Source: Tubulanus polymorphus (lineage: Eukaryota; Animalia; Nemertea). From it: a DNA stretch of 64,000 bases. Positions 27,457 through 41,600 of the stretch are shown one piece after another. The translations under genes were made by a program, and so were the position numbers. The notes under the pieces were generated by a model, which did no database searches, was not told where the DNA came from, and saw nothing but the letters and a program-made list of their open reading frames with translations. Numbering within the stretch: the stretch's first letter is position 1; the number at the start of each line of letters is the position of its first letter. The stretch is taken from NCBI RefSeq assembly GCF_964204645.1, contig NC_134028.1, positions 8,122,001-8,186,000 on the forward strand, given 5' to 3'.

Positions 27457-29379
27457 TCATGAAAAGTCAATTGGGTGTAAGATTTCTTTTAGCATTTTTT
27501 TCAAACCGAACGACGGCAACATGGAAGCGCCAGATTCGTAGTAATCGATCAGCCATTTGAGTTGCATGAGCAACCTGTCCGTATAGACCTGACTCTTCGA
27601 TAGACCATCGACGATTTTGTCCAGAGCGAGCCCGACCCAGCTGTTGGATTTATGCGCCGAGTTCCATTCATCCTTGTGTTCGCCGAAACATTTGGCGCCA
27701 TGGATATCGCACTCACAGATTGCGCGTGAACACGGATTCTTGACCGGATCATCGTCTGTGTGTAAAGAAACCAAACCCCAATTCGATCAGTCAAGTTTTA
27801 ACGAGATAAGGCCTTTTTAATTACTTGGAGTGCACAGATTCGCCTGCAAGAATTCTACAAAAATCATGAAGTTAATAGAAAAGAATTTCTTTTTTTTAGT
27901 CCTACTTTTTGTTTTCACCAAAATTTTTCAAAATTCTTTTGTTATGTTCGCCTTGATTTTCAATGTAGTAACTTGAGAAAGTTATGTTCATCTTAATTTT
28001 CAACCTCCTGATTTGCAAAAAAAGTTTATTTCTTTCATCACTTCCATCATTTGAATCAAATTCACAATTTTCACTCCTTTTTCTTTTCTTTTCTGCAGTC
28101 CCTCCGAGGTTTTATGCGGAAAGTACTCAAATGATGAGAAATTCTTACTTTCATTTTTTTGCCGTTCCTTTTCATTTTAAGACGCCTATTACAAAACAAT
28201 ATTCTAAAAAACTTTCGATTTTTTCCTTTGTCCTCCATCCGTTCTCCAAGTAGATAAAAACGGCCTCATATACAAATATTTACATAACTGCTAATCTTAA
28301 AAACGAATCACGCGTTTCGATCATTCAGTCCACACGATTGACGAGGACTTACTTACGAGTGGTTCGATCAGATAAACAATTGAGCAGTTGCGCATTTTCG
28401 TGTCAAGTTAGAATTCACAACAACAAAAATCGATTTTCATTTTTAGCTTTCATAACGAATGAATTTTACTTCGGATTTCACATTTGGAGTATTTCAGTGT
28501 TCCCTATAATTAGCTTTGAATTCGATAAATGTGTCATTTTTTCACTGCCTTGTCATGAATTTCATGCGTGTGCCTGTCCAAGAGCGATAGTTTGGTGAAA
28601 GGTTGTGTGCATGTGTGTGCGTGTGTGATTTCCATGGGTGCCAGGGCCATGCTTTATAGTTACAAGTTCATTTAATTTCTCCTCGTATCCATCGACTTAT
28701 ATTACACTACCATATTATTATCTGTAATTTTCTAATGTAATTTAATTCGTAAATAAAGAATAATAATAATAAATAATGATAATAATAAAAGAGTGATCTT
28801 TATTTCTACTCACGGCAGGTTAAGTTACCGTCGGAGGACGATCCCCACGCGTACGCGATGAGATAGATGTTCAAAACCCCGGTATTGGACTTGCATTTAT
28901 CTTCCGTCAAATCATCATAACACACGTCGTGCAAAAAGCAGCATCTTTAGGAATAGATTAGATCAAAGCTTAGGCTAAAAAGAATTGATACCTTGTCTCT
29001 CATTTCTACTGTGCTTAAAAGTTGACCCGGCCGGCCTATTCATTTACTTTTTTTCTGAAATCAATTTTATATAACAGAACCGGCGGCTATTGAAATAAAC
29101 TGATTACGAATTTACTTGCACTTTAGAAAATGACCAGGCCGATCAAGAGCGAAAGGTATAATTTTTTGCCTTCATTAATTTTTTGACACGCAGATGAGTA
29201 AAGATAGTTTCATTTCAAAACTCACGCGTCGATTCGGTCGACAGGAGTACCATCGCCACCAAATCCGCACCAACCTCCATAGCTGGCAAAATCTCGGGGA
29301 GGTCGGCCAGTTTTCAACGTAATCATCTTAGCGAACTGATCCAATCTGCGTTTCGTTAGCGATAAGGCATCCGTCGAAT
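27457..29379 (-). CDS. Secreted phospholipase A2 (group I/II-like fold); 5' signal-peptide exon(s) unresolved (~29990-30330)
   Basis: Exon ~29379-29226 has the Ca loop YGGWCGFGGDGTPVDRID. Exon ~28944-28814 has the catalytic His-Asp motif CCFLHDVCY. Exon ~27755-27457 has ICECD (catalytic Asp) and a C-terminal extension. The KR before RLDQFAKMI suggests a propeptide cleavage site. Confidence 0.88.
28550..28790 (+). mobile_element. 3'-terminal fragment of the same LINE family as 57126-60245
   Basis: Matches the reverse complement of ~57130-57330 (gatttc.atggg..ccagggccatg...ccatcgactt...gtaatttaattcgt.aataaagaataataat) and ends in a (TAA)n tail. Confidence 0.8.
28985..29135. repeat. Interspersed repeat; second copy at ~43140-43305
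   Basis: Shared AAAAGTTGACCCGGCCGGCC...CCGGC.GCTAT.GAAAT.AACTGATTAC blocks. Confidence 0.7.
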
Positions 29380-31285
29380 CTTTGCATGGAGGATAACGTG
29401 TTTAATCAGTACACAACACAAAGCATAGAATAGTACTTATAAACCAGACCTGTGCCAAGGGTGTGGGTTAGCGAATGAACCCCTTAAAAGTGACCTTCAA
29501 GACACCAGTGTTGAAAAAATTGGGTCAAGATTTTTTACGAAATTTTGATACTATTTTCTGGTTTTGGCAAAACGGTAAACTGTTGAGGGTCAAACTGTAC
29601 TGTTAATCATTACGTAAAAGTAGCCTACTTGTAAATATGTTATTGTTGAATATTGGAGATAAGAATTATATATTTAACATCATCACATTTAAAATGAGAC
29701 GTTTTAGTTTAGGGCGAACGATAGATCAGACCGCGTATAGATGTGTCCTTTGTAGGAAAGTGATCACGGTGAAAAGTGCCATTTCTTGAAATAGAACTGC
29801 CCCTGAGAAAAAGGTCGGGGGCACCGGGCCTGTTAAACTCAGTAAATTCGGTGGATCGGTAGATTGCAAGAGTACCTTAGAGCAGGGAGGTGGGAGTGAA
29901 CTCCCACCTCCCTGCTTAGAGCAATCAGAATGATTAGTCTGATTACTCCAAGATGGGACATACCTTGAAAAATGACACAAATTGTTACCGCGATGGTCCA
30001 TACCGTTATAGACGACATTGTGGAACGAGTCGAATTCTAAACGGGTGCCGCAAATATAAAATGTTAAGAGTCGTGTGATCAAGACATACGTTTTCATTAC
30101 ATGGGAAAGCTTATATCGTTGCTGCCTATCTTATCAACTATATTTCATACACATTTAATTGAATATCATTAATACCATTAATTGAAACCCGCCCCGAAAC
30201 ATAAACATAAAAATGTTAACTCCTTGCATCCGGCGCCGTCGTGGCTACCGGCCGAGGATGACGAGATGAACTTGAACTTTATTCTGTTGCTCCAAATAAT
30301 TACGAATATTTAAGTTTTGCATGCAATAAAATATCAACATCAATATAGGACGATTCACAAATCACGGGGATCTTCGAAATTGGGTGTAGGGTTTGTGGCG
30401 ATTCTGTAAGTAAAGTTGGTCAGTGTTCTCTGGGTTTTCTCAGAGAAAATACACCATGGTCTAGTTCCACAGTTCTGAGTTGATATTCAACTCCTAGTTA
30501 AATCATTGAAAATGTACTGATTTTAACTCGGAGTTAACTCTAACTCACAACTGTAGAACTGGGTCCATTGAAACCTCAGGATTCTTCTTATTTTTTGCGG
30601 GAAAAATATTGTTTGGTATATGACGATGTGCTTATAGTCTCTGTTGACTTGCCACTGTGTCCGATACAATCCGTTTAATATTTTTTGACTTGATTGTCAT
30701 TTATACAATACAACTCGCTGCACTAGTGCTGGATTCATTCAAAAATCAACTCTTAAGTCAATTTATAATGGACTGAATTTGTGAAGAAATTAAACCGATC
30801 TGATTGTTACACCTTTCTGTGAAATAAGACCCAGAATTATAAAGATATTTTCTTGATTTGCTATTGATAAAGTTTTCCTATTTGTAATAAAGACTGATGC
30901 AATATAGTTTAATTGAATTGATCATCTCCCGATAGGCGGTGCTTTGGTCGATTTTTCGAGTGAAAAAATCATTGGACATTGCGACATCACAGACTCTAGC
31001 CGGTTTTCGGTAGCCGCTCGTTCGCGAACTAACCTGTAAGATAGTGTGGGATGTTCAAACACGATGTACCTCACTTAAGTCACACCATCGTAGATCAGTT
31101 CTTCAATTTGCCATAGTGGATTTTTACAAGAAGGAATTGACAGTGATGACTTTTTTTTCTTCGCAGGGGCTTTGTCACAATTACATTATCTGAATAAAGA
31201 ATGAAATTTTGAAAAAATATTAGTTTCATTCAATCACTTTTATATTCTGATAAGCCCCTGTGGATTTTGAATTATAATTTTAATG

Positions 31286-31499
31286 GGTAAAAGTGCAGAT
31301 CCGCACCTCTCGTGATTGATGCAATCTGCTGAATGACAGAATCCTGGCTAAAATCTTTCTACTCTATAGTGAAGATATCTTAAAATTAACCAATGGCAAT
31401 GTATTGAATTGCAGATGACATTTTGAATCTGAAACAATGATATTTAACGTAATTGGATTGAACTGTTTACACGGAGAGGTGCGGATCTGCACTTTTACC
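31286..31499. mobile_element. MITE with 26-bp TIR (Merlin-like), copy 1
   Basis: TIR GGTAAAAGTGCAGATCCGCACCTCTC; flank ttttaatg repeated on the right after two extra T; near-identical copy at 48612-48815. Confidence 0.85.
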
Positions 31500-31673
31500 T
31501 TTTTTAATGTTTATGTACGTAGTTGCCCGGGTATCTAATATAAGTTAGCCCTTGTTAGTCCTCTGCAGGCGCCAGGACCCCCTGGAAAACTAAAAGCTGA
31601 AAGCAATTAAACCTTGTTCTTTTTCCGGATGAAAAAAATCAAATAGAAAAGCGAAGGAACAGTGACCCAAGAA

Positions 31674-34323
31674 ATGTTGCATGCGCTTACTTGTCGCGAA
31701 AGCGGGTTAGCTTTACCCGAGACGATAAGCCGTGAACAGCGCTCTAGCAGAGCTCAAATGATGGAATTGAGCAAGTATCGCGACTTCGAAGTAAGGCATA
31801 GAGGTTCCGTCGTTTCGTTGGATCTTGACGCAGTCGAGAGTAGATTGTAAGTTATCTTCTCAGCTTGAACATGTATATTTCTCGGCCTTATTTGAGTTAA
31901 AAAAAATTCTTTGAAAAAGATAAAATACATTATGAAATAGAACTTTGAACTCAAAAATTAAAAAGAATTTTTATATAGGTATGTTCTGCCCTTGCCAAAC
32001 AAGCTCGAGTTTTCAAGATAAACCACTTTTTGCAATTTTTTTTTTTTTACAGTTTATTGTCAGGCTCTAGCGATGGTGCTTTCGCTATATACGATTTACA
32101 CCAAGGACACGACACTCCTGCATACACGTACAAACCGATATGTGGTCTGAGCAAATATCAACGATTTATTCATAAGAATAGCATCAGTACCGTCCAGTGG
32201 TATCCGCTAGATACGGGCATGTTCACTACCACTGGCATGGATGGAGTGCTGAAAATCTGGGATACAAATGAAATGCGGGTAAGTGTATTGAAATCACTCC
32301 GCTAGTCGAAATGGGACTCTCTTCCTATACAATTCTCCAGAGAGAATATCTTCTTGAGATACGAGATCCTTCATTGTCAGTATCATCCGTGTTTGTTACC
32401 ATGTCAAGTTTGGTATCCCAGTTGGCTTTTGATTTGAATTTCTAATTAAAAAAACGCATGAAAGAATTGGATAAAAAATCTTCTAATTGTGAAATTAGTA
32501 ATTTCTTATTTTAAATCCTGTTCAGTTGTACCCTGAGGATATATACCAGAATATTACCAAATCGAGCCCTGCTCAGCTACTATGGCCATATATGCCACTA
32601 ACAAAAATGTATAGTCGAAAATGTTTCCTTATGCTTGTAGTTAGGCCTAACTCTAGACATTTCGACTGTACTCCAGTCATCTTCAGTAAATACTCTTCAT
32701 TATTATTGTGGGATTCTTTATAGATATAGCGTTTTATCAACTCTTGCTGTATTTCTTGAAAATGTTGTTCTCTATTTTTAGCCAGCCGATCAATATTCAT
32801 TCACCGGTGTGATTTATTGTCACGCAATGTCCGCGGCCAGTATGACGCATACTCTGCTAGCCGTCGCTACGGCGAAATGTCATTGCGTTCTCGTCGATTT
32901 GAGAACGGGCGCGAAAACCCACACGCTTCGTGGCCATAAAGATGCCGTTATGTCTTGCCAGTGGTCGCCGAAAGATGAATTTATCCTTGCTACTGGAGGG
33001 TAAGTTGGCAAATATCTATCTTGTATTTGGTAAAGTAAAATTGATAACTAATTTCAACGCGTTGGGTACAGTCACCACTTGGCTTGGTCCACAGTTGTTA
33101 CAGCATGTGGGCTCTGTGACTGCACCCTCACTTATTGTTGTTGATTCGGCATTTATATTGTTCATTTCATTGTTATCTTTAAGTGAAAAATAAATTATGT
33201 TATAATTATATTGACTCTGATGATCAAGTCACTCTATACAGATCACCTATACTGTATCTACCTGTGACTTTTGTCTTTTGGTTCACAGATCTGATTCTAA
33301 GCTAATGTTGTGGGATGTTAGGAGCGCTGCTGGTAGTTTGATGGTTTTCGATCAGTACAATGGTGATACGACTGCTAATCCAGAATCAGGTAGGATGTGA
33401 CCCACAGAAACTTCGTCGGTCACATAAGGAAACAAAAATGACAGCGCATATGACCACCTGCAATTAAGATAATTCTAATGGAAACTGTTTCATAATGCAC
33501 TGTATACAGTTGAACCTCGATTCTGAGACGAAACCAGTTTATTACGATGATTTCCAGCATATACCAGCAAGATATTTATATCAATCAAGCTTTGGATAAT
33601 ACGAAACCCTGTTTAACGACAATTTCATTAATTGCTCCTCAAGATTGGTATTAATGAGGTTCCGACGCAATAATTATTCTTTATCAGCAAAACTTTCGTT
33701 GCTTGTCGTTTGGATTTTCCTGCCGTTTTATCACCGAATGTGTTTTGATTGGTCCTTCAAAATTCGTCTCTGGATCCACCCCGATCGGGTTTCATAATTA
33801 CAACTCATTATTGATGATTTGTTTTTCAGTGAACACCGCTCATAACGGTCTCATTAACGGCATGAGATTCCTGAGCAACGGTCTGCATTTAGTGTCGGTC
33901 GGTACGGACGATCACATGCGACTGTGGAACGTTGCCACCGGCAAAAACATGCTAGTCAACTACGGCAAACTGGAAAACTTCAGCCTGAAAAACATTCAAA
34001 TCGCCTGCAGTTTCAACACGAATCCCGAACTGGTATACGTGCCCGTTAATTCGGACGTTTGCGTTTACGACATTTTCAACGGCGATCTGTTGGTCACGCT
34101 GCGCGGCCATTACAACACGGTGAATTGTACGGTTTTCAATCCGGATACGAACGACGTCTATTCGGGCGCCAACGATCGCAATATTCTACTGTTCTCGGGC
34201 AACGTCGAAACCGAATCGGCTTTCTGTAAACATCTGGACGGCGACGATCGAACGGAGAATAATACGTCGGCTACTATCCCAGCGGCAGCCGCCGATGCGT
34301 GGAGTAGCGACGAGGATAGTTAG
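31674..34323 (+). CDS. ERCC8: DNA excision repair protein ERCC-8 (Cockayne syndrome A, WD40); 5 coding exons
   Basis: LDLDAVESR.LLSGSSDG, VQWYPLDTGMFTT, HTLRGH...WSPKDEFILATG, LWDVRSA, AHNGLING, LVNYGKL, LRGHYNTVN, and C-terminal DAWSSDED. Confidence 0.95.
32652..32690 (-). ncRNA. Minimal hammerhead-ribozyme-like motif (Penelope-associated type), intronic
   Basis: Minus strand UUUA-CUGAAGA-U-GACUG-gagua-CAGUC-GAAA-UGUC-UAGA: core boxes, a 5-bp stem II and a 4-bp stem I. Confidence 0.5.
33506..33668. mobile_element. Tigger/pogo-type MITE remnant
   Basis: TA-CAGTTGAACCTCG left end and GAGGTTCCGAC right end. Confidence 0.45.
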
Positions 34324-35690
34324 ACCGGGAATTTAGAACAGAATTTCGTTATTTAATTAAAGAAAACTCCCCCAGCTAGGGCCTGCGAGCTGAGTAATTC
34401 AAACGTTTGGACAGCATTTCGGCGAACAACTGAATTGTTTAATATATTGCATTTACTGTACATGTTGTATAGAATTTGTGTGAAATAATGTAAAGTATAA
34501 ATAAAGTGAATAATAAGAACTTTCTAGTTCTCAAGACAACGAGCCACGCTTTCAGTGAATGTTTAAAGAATCCAAAGAAGCTGGGGTTGCGTAAGACCAC
34601 TCTTGATTTAGATTTAATGCCACTTTTGGACGAAAGTCACGGTTGTACAACTGGGCCAAGAGTTTTTGAGGTTGGCCGGCAAGATTCCCGGTGCCAGGTC
34701 CTTCTACCGCGACACTGTCCCCTAGCTCCCAGCTACACGGCGCCAGAAGTCACGGTCAGGAGCTCGGTCTCTCCTCATTCGAGACCTGGAAGGCTTCGCG
34801 CTGAAGCCGTGTCCATTATGTTGACGGTCATTTTTTTCGGTCACGGCAACCTCTCCCACGCTCGCATCTCGATGGATCGCGGGCGGACCGTTCTAAACAT
34901 CGTTATTCTCGGAGTTCGCGTAGCGTTCGTCTTCTCCAGTAACAAGACGCAGTTTCGACCGGTTCTCTCGGTCCCAGCCCTCTCAGGGGAGGGGCAAGGA
35001 CACCACAGGCGCATCCAAGAGTTAAGTCTACATCGTCGGGTTTTCGGGGCAGGAGGAACAAGTCAACATCTCGGCGCCCGTCACCGCAGTTTTTTCGTGT
35101 TGTAAGACCTATGGCGGCTAAAGATGTCCCACCGACCGTGGGGCTTAACGGTGGTTTTAGGTTTTTAAGATACCTGTTGAATCACCCGTAAGGGCCGCTT
35201 TCATCTCTACTTTGTCGCGTTAGACGAAGCAAATAGCTGTAAATCTGCTCAGTTATGGCGGTACGGCGCTGAGGTGCACGCGTCATCCACACGCGAGGGC
35301 CAGGCATAAGTCTTCGGTCCGGGTGACAGGCTCGTCATTTAACCTCCGGCTTCGTTTACAGGTGTAGAATCAGAATTCACAGCAGCGCGATGGGAAATAT
35401 AGCTTTGCTCACACAGGGTGTCGACGTACCTTCACTATCGATCTCTTTGCCCAGTTAGGGCTTTAAAGCAATCACGAGACTGAACCCAAAACTTTCCCAA
35501 GGCATATTCAACACATTAATGTTGACTCATCTATTATACAGGGCATGATACAAATACATATATACGGTACTGTAATTTATTTTCACATCTGAATAATGCT
35601 GACCGTAAAACGATGATGACGATAAGGTTTTTGAGGAGCCCGAAGGAGCTGTACAAGCTGTACGAGGATTAGTACAAATAAGTAACTTTA

Positions 35691-38600
35691 CTATAGTTTT
35701 TCCAACTTTTTATAGGCAGTTGTTTTGTTGAGCAACCGATACTGAATCGAGCGAATTTTAGTGAATATTTTGTGTCTGGCGAAAAACAGCACTCCCAGTA
35801 AAACTATAACGATGCAGATGATTAGAAAGCTTTTGCCGAAGAACGCGCTGTACCAGTGCGGAGCTTCCGGAATAGTAAACGTTTGAAAGGCTTGAAGTTC
35901 TTTTGCAGGTCTGTTGCATACATTTTTAATCGGCGGTCTATATTCATTTGAAATCTTGTAATTCCACGCTCCGTCTTTGATCTGAAGAAGAAAAACGAAA
36001 AGGAAGTTAATATTAGCATATGTTAAAACCGTTTCCATAAGTGAAGTCGATATCCAAATTTGACCCGTCCCATGTCGTTGGCAGTGGAGTGATAACAAGT
36101 ACTTTTTTAACCCCCGAGTTTGTGAGCCCTCCATTCTCAGTCAGTGTGCTCTACACATCCTATTAAATCTATTTAATGCAATTAGGGCATATTAAACGAA
36201 TTCCTTTAAAAAAGACACAATGGTCATTGATCTTACGATGGGAACGCCTTGATCGGTACAGTACTGGTTTTGAGCGGTTGTTAGGATATGACGTTGCAAT
36301 AACACGTCATATCCTCCATCCCACGTATCATCTCGGTTCAATATGTCGGTTATGGCGTTTAAATCGCCCATAACTTTACCCCAATCAGTGCCGACCATTC
36401 TGAAATAGATACGAGAAAAATACGTAGATACGAGCCTTTTTGCAGTAAAATTTGAAAAATAAACAGGGAAAGGTAAATTAATAGAAAAAGGAAAAGACTT
36501 ATGCGTACCTCATAATTTTAAGATAACCCCAAACGGAAACTAAAGCGTTTATGGGATTCGGACTCGTTTGACAAAAAGACATAGGCAGCTTGGGAAAATA
36601 GTTGACCATACTGAAACACATTTCATCGGTAGTCGAAAAACCGCCCTGAATAAATGAATGAAAATGTTTAAAACACCAACTATTACAGAAATACACGTAC
36701 GTGTATTCCACAGGGTTGAAATCGAACCGCGTGTGTATTTGAACTATAGACTTACAACTGTTACTCGATTTCTATCCTCGGTATTATAGTAGCATTCATT
36801 CGCCAGTACATCTCCCTAAACAGAAAATATTTTCATACAGAAAACAATGGTAGTTCGGGTCACGGACTGATAAATTCTCGTGCAGAGAGCACCGGAAGTA
36901 TAGGTCAAATTTACTTGATTTAAACCTAAGGCGAATTTATCACGTCAAATTTGATTTGATTTTAAGTAAAATCGTATTTATCCTGGCAAAGTCAAATTTG
37001 ATTTGGTCTAATCTTTGAATTTAACACGGTATCAAATTCAAATCGATTCATCAAATTATCAAATCACCTCCGGAGATGATTTGATACGACTTGAAGATGG
37101 TGGACTGATCACACATTTTTATTTTTAGAAAAACTGATATAAATGGTCAAAACTTAAAGAGAAACTGAAACTCATTCATAGGGAATAAAAATCCAAAAAC
37201 CGGGGCAGTATTTTCTAGTCAGCCGTTTTGAACAAGTCGTCTAATTCATCCTGTCAAAAAATTCAAATCTGATTTGACGAGATAAATTCGCCGCTAGTTT
37301 CGTACCATCTTCACTGTTACAAATTCCTTTCGCGGGCGCCAATTTTGACTGTTGAAGTCATACGTCATATCGTTCAGTATCCACGGCAATTCTTTGCCAT
37401 TCCTGAAGTGTCGAAGGCGCATTCCCCTTGCAGCCGTGTGTGAATGTGGACCGGTAGAAAATACTTTGATTTCGTTGACGCCGTTTCCCAATTTTTCGAA
37501 AGCCTGTAATTTACAACATTAAGAAATTTGAAAGTCTCTGTGAAAATAGCTTAACCCGCGAAAGCAGAAAATCGCCGGTCGACCGCTCGTGCTAGCTTGT
37601 GCGCTGAACTCAAACGGTACCGCGCGCGTTTCTATGAAGATATGTTTGCGATTGCAGTATCAACCAAATTTCCAGATAAATCTCTATCTTCAGAGAAAAG
37701 TTCTAAATTGTATCACAAATCAGGAAAGAGTTACAGCCAATGACGTAAAGTTACTTATTCCTTGAGGCGCGATATTTTTTTTAAATTAGAAAAATGAAAC
37801 AAGCACCCATTACAAAATAGAAGAAAGTCACCTTTTTAATGACGATTCATGATTTTGTATCAAAAGGAAGACGGACGACAATAAATCGTGATAAAGGTTT
37901 TATTTTAAAACATGTTAAAACCTGTCCAACCACGCGGGACCGCCTCAAAGTGGTGCCTGGTTTCTTGAATCAACTTTCAGCTGGAAAGGCCGAACATTTC
38001 AAAACGTCTTGTGTGCTGCCGTGAGGAGATCGTGACTTACCGCTTTCAAACAATTATCCGAGCAAAACGCGCGCACAAGGAAACGCTTCTGTCGCGGTGG
38101 AATCAGGAGAGAAAACGGTAAGAAATGCATCGAACCAACCATCATATTACCAGCATCGTACTTTCTTAATTTTGACGTGTAACTGAGGCGAATAGTGGAA
38201 TCGTCAATTATACCTGAAATTTATTCATACTAAATCAAAAATCAAAACATTAAACGTAGACGGGATATCATGTGAACAAATGTCATGTGTATAATGTTAA
38301 AACCAGGACCCAGTCCGATCACAAAACTATATCTGTACTTCGATTTCCGATGTCAAGATCAAACCCCTTTTTTCACTCCCGGTAGGTGTGGTGGGTTTGT
38401 AAGGGAGACCAAATCAAACGAAATCTACCAATCAAATAGATGACAGTGTCAATCCCTATTTTTAAGATTTGAAAAATAACTCGGGATCCAGTTCCGTTGA
38501 AATTAGTTCATTTTCAATTAGTTGACTTCGAGCCAAATCTTAACTCAGAACTGGGTCTGATCTTATACATTTCTGTCAACTCTTACGTGCAAACGTTCGC

Positions 38601-41600
38601 AATAAATTTTCCCGAAAGCAGTTATTTCGTCAAATCGTTTTTCTAAAATTATTTTCGACAACTTTAATACATATAGTGTCGATAGTTACCGCTTTGTTCC
38701 TCTGGGTTGTTATAATGTGTTTGCATCATATAATACACCGAATCTGCAGGACCTCCAAGGGAGACTCCGGCTTCTTGGGGATAAGTTACAGACTGTAATA
38801 GACGAACACAACTGTAACAATGACACACTTCGTTACGAATAGTAATTTTCGATGAATGAAAAAATCACAAAGTCCGTTAAAATGCCGTCCTTTTTAATGC
38901 CATTGCTCGCTTAACGCCAGCATTTTTCAGTGTAATAAATTTGCCCAATCTTACTGAGATTCAGCTGAAATACCATTCTTTGTATAAACCCAAATTTTTC
39001 ATTGGTCCCAACAGTGGCATTATAAAGGACTCCATGTGTTCATGCTAATTCTGGTGTTTTGGTGTCTGTTTTGGTGACTTGAAGCCCGAACCTAGCATTT
39101 ACATCAAGAATGCACCCCTTTGACAAGTACCCCTTTGAAAAGTATACCCCTCCGGGTCCTCTTTTCTTTGCTACAATTCAACAATACAGAAGTACCTTCT
39201 TTAACTTTTTTTTCCTATGTAACAGCGATGACTATTTTTTGTATTGTACTTTTAAGCCGAAAATAAAATCATATGATAATAATAACAACTTACACGTGAT
39301 CCTTGAGCGAACATAGCCACACCTTCGAAACACTTTTCTCGGTTGCGTATGCCAAAACAGTCACCGCGAATGAGATCACGATCGGATAACGCACCTTTCG
39401 CACATGCCCACAATACCATATGATGGATATATTTCTCATTTCCTGGCTTCATTACTTGTTCTATCTAAATCCAAACGAAAAAATACTCCATAAACTTGTA
39501 TATGTATATGCATAATATATTTTCAATCTCACATTGATTTTTCCGCAATGTCACTTCGGGGTTCAAGAATTATAAAAAGGCTTCATTGTTACAACCAGAT
39601 ACTACGTACTCGATTGAAAGCTGGGCCAAGGAAAGCTGAGCCAAGGGGCGGATCCACTGGTCAATTTTGAATGACTTGTCATATTGTAAAAGGGCACTTT
39701 GATGTCCACGAAGGCAATATTAAGCACATTTCTACACTGGAAATGCACCAATGATCTTTGTTGACAAGGGCACTGAAAAGATTTGATGGACTTGTACACG
39801 TCCCCCTGCATCCACCTCTGTTCTGATGGCATAGGCCCACATGTAGATGGAAACATTTGCTAAATCCATATAATCGAAGTCTTAATTCGAAAATAAACAA
39901 ATTTGCAAAACACTGTCGTCACTCAAATCTCGATTAAGCGACTGAAATCCCACCTTTATGATGTGTTTTTTTCCAGCTGGTAAATCGATTTTCACGAATC
40001 TGCATAAATAGGTGGTCTTTTGTGCCGGTAACCTTATCTAAAAGTAACAGAATGCAACGATACACATGACCAGTCGAAGACTCGGAAACAAGAAAACTAG
40101 CGTCAAGTATAATCATACATTTGGTGACGTGATATCCAACGTTTTGACGTCACTTCCAGGTGGGAAACTCGGCTGCGGATCATCAAGCAGGTAATAAGAC
40201 ATTACACCGCGATTCGCACCTCCGTGATAGAGAGCCTTCGTCACGTCAACTGGATCAACATCACCGCCATATGCATAGATCATTCTTTGAGTTCCGGGCT
40301 GAAATTATACATTTATATATTTCATAAGTTATTTGTTTAGTCGAATAAAACCAGAATGTACATTCTTTTACAGGCCCGTGCCGATTGTTCTTTAGGGACA
40401 GTCTTATTTCAAGACGATGGGCACTTTTTTAAATGAGTACTTCTTATTGAAAAAGGACAGATCATAAATGCGAAGTACCCGGGTACCTGAATAAATCATT
40501 TGAGAATGGATTATTTTTCATTTTCCAGATAAAAAAACTTGAAAATTGTATCAAAATATCGAAAAAGTCCTGACCCAAACTTTTTGACACTCACTTTTTT
40601 TATTTCTGCCCGAATATTTTAGGGGTTACCCCACCCTCCCCCTCGGCACGGGCCTGTTTGCTACATCAAAACAAGTCTTTACCTGTATAGGGATATCACC
40701 TTCGTCATCACAAGTATCCAAATCTCTGGAGAACGTCAATTGCGTAAATCCGTTTTCTTCTTTGCCGTTCAGTAATTTCCAGTTGGCCACTTTATCTAGT
40801 TTCGGTATAGAATTACCAACGCCGTGTGTATCCTTGAAGAAAGATCATATTTCATTTCACATCTGATGTATTTATCAGGGGCATGGTTAGAATTACTCTA
40901 TTTTGTAGTTTTTCCAGCTCCTATTTAGAACTTACGTAAATTTGCGCTTTTCCGTGGTGAACCCAACCGATCACGATATCCGCACCTTTCATGCCACCAT
41001 TTCTGGACAACCCGAAACCGACATATCCCGTCGTTTTAACCGTTACGCGAAACGTAATCGAACCGTTGTTGGACCCCGGCTGACCGCGGTTATATTTCCA
41101 TTCCAGGAGATACTTTTTGTCCGGGTCGACGTAAACTCGCCGCGGGAAGCTCGCGTCAACGTGACTATGTATTTTTGTAGGCGTCGATTCAGACGATCCC
41201 GCTTTACCGGAAGGTGATTTATCTTTTGGGATACTAGGTTTAGAAACTGTTTCTCCTTTTTTAGATACGGATGGTTGAGTTCTTTTGACGGTGACCTCCT
41301 GCAATTAAATCAATGAAAATTGTCTAAACACTGGTCGTTTTACAATTTGCTCTAAGATGATCTTAATATGGCCTTACATATGTAAGATAGAAAAAATCTT
41401 AATCGGAATAATTCTTTACAATTCGCATTCACCGTTTTCATTTGAAATATGGATACTCACGTTATTTATATACCGTACCTTTTGACTACATGTATTTTTG
41501 TTTTCGATCGGTTTATATTCTTTTTTCGGCTCGTACTTCCACGGCTTGTACGCCGACTAAAAATGTTAATATAACATTGTTATATTATCATTCAGTACAC

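Noticed and set aside
34506-35105. 199-aa ORF as a protein-coding gene
   Set aside because: Non-ATG start, no recognisable domain, and no splice context.
40921-41304. Module 2 as an independent second MOXD1 gene
   Set aside because: No ATG or signal peptide (the listed ORF starts at TTG within a splice acceptor), and only a 180-bp phase-compatible intron separates it from module 1.
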